A model generated the notes under the pieces. The model made no database searches, was not told the DNA's origin, and saw only the letters and a program-made list of their open reading frames with translations. The position numbers and the translations under genes were made by a program. From Flavobacterium sp. (GTDB lineage: Bacteria; Bacteroidota; Bacteroidia; Flavobacteriales; Flavobacteriaceae), in assembly GCA_031425295.1 (NCBI GenBank), contig JANPJB010000007.1:1459-65458 (forward strand): DNA of 64,000 nt, in the 5' to 3' direction. Positions 60,601 to 64,000 of this stretch are shown piece by piece (position 1 is the stretch's first letter; every line of letters starts with the position of its first letter).

Positions 60601-61521
60601 AAAATCACGAGAACCACTTTAAACAATGACGGAAACAGCCCGCCGATTAGTTTTAATATTTTAGGAGAGACGATATTTAGAGGCAATGCAACCGTTACCA
60701 ACGGACAATTTGAGTTCGGTTTTGTAGTGCCACGCGACATTGCAATTCCGGTTGATAATGGAAGAATAAGTTTTTATGCCAAGAGAAATCAAATCCTATT
60801 TGATAAGGCGGGCATCAATACGAATATTAAAATCGGAGGCGTTAATCTTAATGCCGCTGCAGATAATATTCCACCGAAAGTGAAGTTATATATGAATGAC
60901 CAAACGTTCGTGAATGGTGGGATTACGAACGAGTCTCCCCTATTTCTAGCATTTTTGGATGATGAAAATGGAATCAACACCGCGAGTGGTATTGGACATG
61001 ACATTGTTGCGATTTTAGATGGAAACGAAAGCAACCCATATAAGTTGAATGACTATTACGAAACCGAATTGGATAATTATAAAAGCGGTAAAGTGAAATT
61101 TCCGTTTAGAAATCTTGCCAAAGGACTGCATACGATTACGTTTAAAGCCTGGGATGTTTATAATAATTTGGTGACGTCAGAAATTCAGTTTGTAGTTGTA
61201 GGCGACGAATCGATTTCGATTACGAATGTGCTGAATTATCCGAATCCGTTTGTGAACTACACTCAATTTTGGTTCACGCACAACAAGCCGTTCGAGCCTT
61301 TGGAAGTGCAGGTGCAGGTGCTAACGATTACCGGAAAAGTGGTATGGACTAAAAACCAAACCGTCACGACTGCAGAATCGACATGCAGAGAAATCACTTG
61401 GGACGGCAAGGATGATTTTGGAGACCGGATTGGGAAAGGTGTTTACATCTACAAACTAACAGTCAAATCGATCCTAACGAACTCCAAGACAGAAAAATTT
61501 GAGAAACTTGTTATACTTTAA
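57694..61521 (+). CDS. porU: T9SS sortase PorU (peptidase C25)
   Basis: GDWYRF, KIYGNGG, LFGDASYD, NYLGHGGE and ITITCEF His/Cys dyad, YPNPF CTD; followed by porV. Confidence 0.95.
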   Translation: MKKIVYLITLLISALSFAQQKGEMTINWTPKSSVNIGEEKVAVPQFNPLNFQFDNYNKQVFFNFQIPVAATVNESSIQITNIIYESITRQELGDIVISNIPGAPNAVAKNLKSRDDLFAFISLSPIIKEGDSFKKIKSFSYALTSSQNRLLPSNNEFSVLSNSALSTGDWYRFYVVKSGVYILTKSFLSGMGVNLDGVDPRKIKIYGNGGRMIPLKNSTYYPADLAENAIQVVGEADGVFDNADYVLFYAEGVDQWNKESQTTNNLYDSKAFYYVNIQGNDGKRITEMVQPSAPSDIVLNTFDDYQYHELDKVNIVRLGRRWFGEQFDFTDQQDFDFSIPNINTTTPVNLYIYAAAISSIATSMEVKSNGTVAGNIPFSPAGSSVRADWSILSTNVPASDNIRITLKYNNNGVPDSKGYLDYIQLKSKRNLIGYGKQFAFQYDLAATSTQIGEFQIANAAAISQVWNVTDLYNVTKATNNNQGTFSFKTNFGTIQKFVAHDPADYYTPLVESRTRVANQNIKGTIFLSAQNQFQDIDYLIVCPAFLKAQAEKLANFHRNNSQLNVKVMTLDAIYHEFASGKQDIGAIRNLVKYIYFNASAPANRIKYVNLFGDASYDFKNRISVSANIVPIYHALNSYTVDPSSFASDDYFGLMDDNEGDLDASYPTKIGLVDVAVGRMIGNTATQADELVNKVIEYHDIQSYGSWRNNIVVVADDADENSDSSLQTNINNMAETIVAQKPFLNYEKILMDSYVQETSAGGSRYPKARKDLFDYFEKGTLVLNYLGHGGEDGLSQERIWEKSDGQNLSNRFKYPLFITITCEFSRFDNPFRPTAGEFVYWNPKGGAISMITTIREIYQSTGENFNDVLARYLFSYGSNQYVSIAEALRLAKNAFAPRTDVVFYLGDPALKLAIPQPQINLTKVNDVPVTGPIDDFKSLSYVKLSGEVTDENNNPLPAYNGELSVQVFDKKITRTTLNNDGNSPPISFNILGETIFRGNATVTNGQFEFGFVVPRDIAIPVDNGRISFYAKRNQILFDKAGINTNIKIGGVNLNAAADNIPPKVKLYMNDQTFVNGGITNESPLFLAFLDDENGINTASGIGHDIVAILDGNESNPYKLNDYYETELDNYKSGKVKFPFRNLAKGLHTITFKAWDVYNNLVTSEIQFVVVGDESISITNVLNYPNPFVNYTQFWFTHNKPFEPLEVQVQVLTITGKVVWTKNQTVTTAESTCREITWDGKDDFGDRIGKGVYIYKLTVKSILTNSKTEKFEKLVIL

Positions 61522-61556
61522 TAAAATACTATATTTGTAAACTTTAAAAATTTAGA

Positions 61557-62747
61557 ATGAAAAAGATTATTGCTGTTATTGCCATTATATTTATTATTCC
61601 TTTATCGAAAGCCCAAACAAGAGTTATTACCACCGGAGTTCCTTTTCTTCTAGTAGCAGGTGACGCACGAGCCGCAGGTATGGGAGACAATGGTGTTGCT
61701 ACTGCGCCCGATGTTTTTTCACAACAATGGAACCCTGCAAAATACGCTTTTTCAGTTGACAAACATGGTTTTTCTGTTGGATATACGCCTTATTTGGTCG
61801 AGTTGGTTAACGATATCTCATTATCACAGGTAACTTATTTTAATAAATACAGCGAGCGTGCAGCTTTTGCAGGAGGCATACGCTACTTTAGTTTGGGGGA
61901 AATCGAGTTGAGAGAAAATCAAGACGACGTTCCGGTTGTAGTTAAGCCTGCAGAATATGCAATTGATTTATCGTACGCGTTGAAATTGAGTGAAAAATTC
62001 TCGATGTCGGTTGCTGCCCGTTACATCAGATCCAATTTAAGAATCCCAACGGCGGGATCAAGTTCGGCGGCTGCGAATTCCTTTGCATTCGACGTTTCTG
62101 GTTTCCACCAAGGAGAAGAAATGGCTTTTAACAGCTTTAACGGAAAATTACGTTACGGATTCAATTTTCAGAATTTGGGTCCAAAAATCAATTACGATAA
62201 AGCGGCTGGCGATGAAGGCTCTAACTTCTTACCCGCCAATATGAAGCTCGGTGCCGGTTTCGATTTCATCCTAGACGATTACAACAAGGTATCCGTAGGT
62301 TTGGAAGTCAACAAATTATTAGTCCCTACACCGATCGAACCACAACCTGTAGACTTAAATGCCGATGGCGATACCGACGATGCTGGAGAAACCAATGGTG
62401 TTGCGGAAGCCAATACCGAATATGACAAAATCGGTTGGGCCGAAGGTATTTTCAAATCGTTCAATGATGCACCTGATGGCATGAGCGAGGAATTAAAAGA
62501 ATTTACCTATTCTGTTGGTGCAGAATATTTATATCAGGATTCATTCGCATTCCGTTTGGGTTATTTCAATGAAAGCCCGGACAAAGGCGCGAGACGATTC
62601 TTCTCACTAGGTGCCGGTTTCAAATACAACATCATTAAAGTCGATGTTTCGTATCTGTTCTCCGCATCGAAAGTAAAAAACCCACTCGAAAACACGCTAC
62701 GCTTCTCACTAAGTTTTGCATTCGGCGATAAATATGATGAATATTAG
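61557..62747 (+). CDS. porV: T9SS outer-membrane shuttle PorV
   Basis: VITTGVPFL, DARAAGMGD, QQWNPAKY, YTPYL, LENTLRFSL. Confidence 0.95.
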   Translation: MKKIIAVIAIIFIIPLSKAQTRVITTGVPFLLVAGDARAAGMGDNGVATAPDVFSQQWNPAKYAFSVDKHGFSVGYTPYLVELVNDISLSQVTYFNKYSERAAFAGGIRYFSLGEIELRENQDDVPVVVKPAEYAIDLSYALKLSEKFSMSVAARYIRSNLRIPTAGSSSAAANSFAFDVSGFHQGEEMAFNSFNGKLRYGFNFQNLGPKINYDKAAGDEGSNFLPANMKLGAGFDFILDDYNKVSVGLEVNKLLVPTPIEPQPVDLNADGDTDDAGETNGVAEANTEYDKIGWAEGIFKSFNDAPDGMSEELKEFTYSVGAEYLYQDSFAFRLGYFNESPDKGARRFFSLGAGFKYNIIKVDVSYLFSASKVKNPLENTLRFSLSFAFGDKYDEY

Positions 62748-62769
62748 TCAATCGATATTAATTAATAAG

Positions 62770-62807
62770 AATCCAAATTTCAACTTTATGAAATTTGGAT
62801 TTTTTTT
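62770..62807 (+). terminator. Intrinsic terminator after porV
   Basis: AATCCAAATTTCA-actttA-TGAAATTTGGATT followed by a T-run. Confidence 0.8.
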
Positions 62808-62819
62808 CCCTTATACAGT

Positions 62820-63302
62820 ATGAAAAACATTACGATCAACACTGAGCTTTCCGTTTTCGACAGCCTGCAAGAATTACCGCAAGACATCCAAAACCTGATG
62901 CAGCAAGCCATTGACATGCGCAAAAAAGCGTATGCTCCGTATTCAAAATTCAGGGTCGGCGCGGCAATACTTCTAGACAACGGAAAAATAGTCTTGGGAT
63001 CGAATCAGGAAAACGCTGCTTACCCTTCTGGACTGTGCGCGGAACGTGTGGCGATTTTTCAAGCTGGTGCGGTTTATCCTGACGCTACAATAGTACAAAT
63101 GGCGATTACCGCTGCTTCCGATACAAATCAAACCAAGTCACCGATTCCGCCTTGTGGTGCTTGCCGACAATCGATCGCGGAATATGAATTCAAACAAGAA
63201 CAGCCAATCGAAATCTATTTTATGGGTGAAGTTGGTGCTATTTACAAATCGGATTCGCTCAAAAATTTACTACCATTCACTTTTGATAAAAACTTCTTGT
63301 AA
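62820..63302 (+). CDS. cdd: Cytidine deaminase
   Basis: AYAPYSKFRVGAA, CAER, PCGACRQ. Confidence 0.95.
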   Translation: MKNITINTELSVFDSLQELPQDIQNLMQQAIDMRKKAYAPYSKFRVGAAILLDNGKIVLGSNQENAAYPSGLCAERVAIFQAGAVYPDATIVQMAITAASDTNQTKSPIPPCGACRQSIAEYEFKQEQPIEIYFMGEVGAIYKSDSLKNLLPFTFDKNFL

Positions 63303-63438
63303 AGCGCAGTAAAAATTACGCTTTTAAATTTTACTTCTAACGTGGAATGTTTTACTTTTGCCTTTCGCAAATTCGTGTGAGGCTACTTTTTTGCGCTTTC
63401 AAAACAATTATAATCAACAATCAAGTTAGAAAAAACAG

Positions 63439-64000
63439 ATGAAAGAAGTTACAAAAGAAGTGTATTTGAAGTGGTATGAAGACATGCTGCTTTGGAGAAA
63501 ATTTGAAGACAAACTAGCCGCACTTTACATACAACAAAAAGTAAGAGGATTTCTTCACTTATATAATGGTCAGGAAGCGGTTTTAGCGGGTGCTTTACAC
63601 GCAATGGATTTGACCAAAGACAAAATGATTACGGCCTACAGAAACCACGTTCAACCCATCGGAATGGGTGTTGACCCAAAAGCAGTGATGGCTGAACTTT
63701 TAGGAAAAGTAACCGGGACTTCTAAAGGAATGGGCGGATCGATGCATATTTTCTCAAAAGAAAAAGGATTTTATGGTGGTCACGGAATCGTAGGTGCTCA
63801 AATTCCTGTTGGCGCCGGAATCGCTTTTGCCGATAAATATTTTGAAACTGGTGGCGTGACATTGACCTATTTTGGCGATGGTGCCGCACGTCAAGGTTCA
63901 CTGCACGAAGCGTTCAATATGGCGATGCTGTGGAAACTTCCAGTGGTATTCATTGTCGAAAACAACGGGTATGCGATGGGTACTTCTGTCGAGAGAACCG
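63439..64000 (+). CDS. pdhA: Pyruvate dehydrogenase E1 alpha subunit (5' part; runs off the window edge)
   Basis: Manual translation MKEVTKEVYLKWYEDMLLWRKFEDK...RGFLHLYNGQEA...AYRNH...GMGGSMH...GHGIVG...FGDGAARQG. Confidence 0.95.
   Translation, partial: MKEVTKEVYLKWYEDMLLWRKFEDKLAALYIQQKVRGFLHLYNGQEAVLAGALHAMDLTKDKMITAYRNHVQPIGMGVDPKAVMAELLGKVTGTSKGMGGSMHIFSKEKGFYGGHGIVGAQIPVGAGIAFADKYFETGGVTLTYFGDGAARQGSLHEAFNMAMLWKLPVVFIVENNGYAMGTSVERT

Noticed and set aside
57694-62747. Inactive PorU or unusual T9SS locus
   Set aside because: The His/Cys dyad motifs are intact and the gldJ-porU-porV-cdd-pdhA order is the ordinary arrangement.
456-62980. Many short antisense or alternate-frame ORFs in the six-frame track
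   Set aside because: They lie inside well-supported genes, lack motifs and are expected shadow ORFs.

Overview
Bacteroidota chromosomal window, most likely Flavobacterium (gldJ-porU-porV T9SS/gliding locus; TAnnTTTG promoter boxes). Core genes (manC-like, sprT, acyl-CoA dehydrogenase, anmK, Glu/Leu dehydrogenase, tonB/exbBD, folC, two tRNA-Val, murF, gldJ, porU, porV, cdd, pdhA) surround three accessory blocks. (1) 2.3-9.9 kb: two T9SS cargo genes next to a LytS/LytTR pair, with 21-bp-periodic repeats in their upstream regions. (2) 9.9-15.0 kb: a co-oriented Crp/Fnr-YHS-DoxX-DinB-NRDE-ATP-grasp-LysE cluster with a Crp-like site at a class II position, a candidate uncharacterised small-molecule or thiol-conjugate pathway. 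(3) 22.9-54.4 kb, downstream of tRNA-Val(GAC): a his operon with an unannotated His-His leader/attenuator, divergent cyanophycin synthetase/cyanophycinase, a 2314-aa T9SS protein, a secreted nuclease, a GNAT-nitrilase fusion and a general-stress-type cluster. The strongest new signal is a shared promoter architecture, T(C/G)AT(A/G)TAA 21-22 bp upstream of a -7 box, in front of six genes including both cyanophycin genes. It suggests an undescribed stress regulon. No integrase, IS, CRISPR or rRNA is visible. All family assignments come from motif recognition, not database searches.
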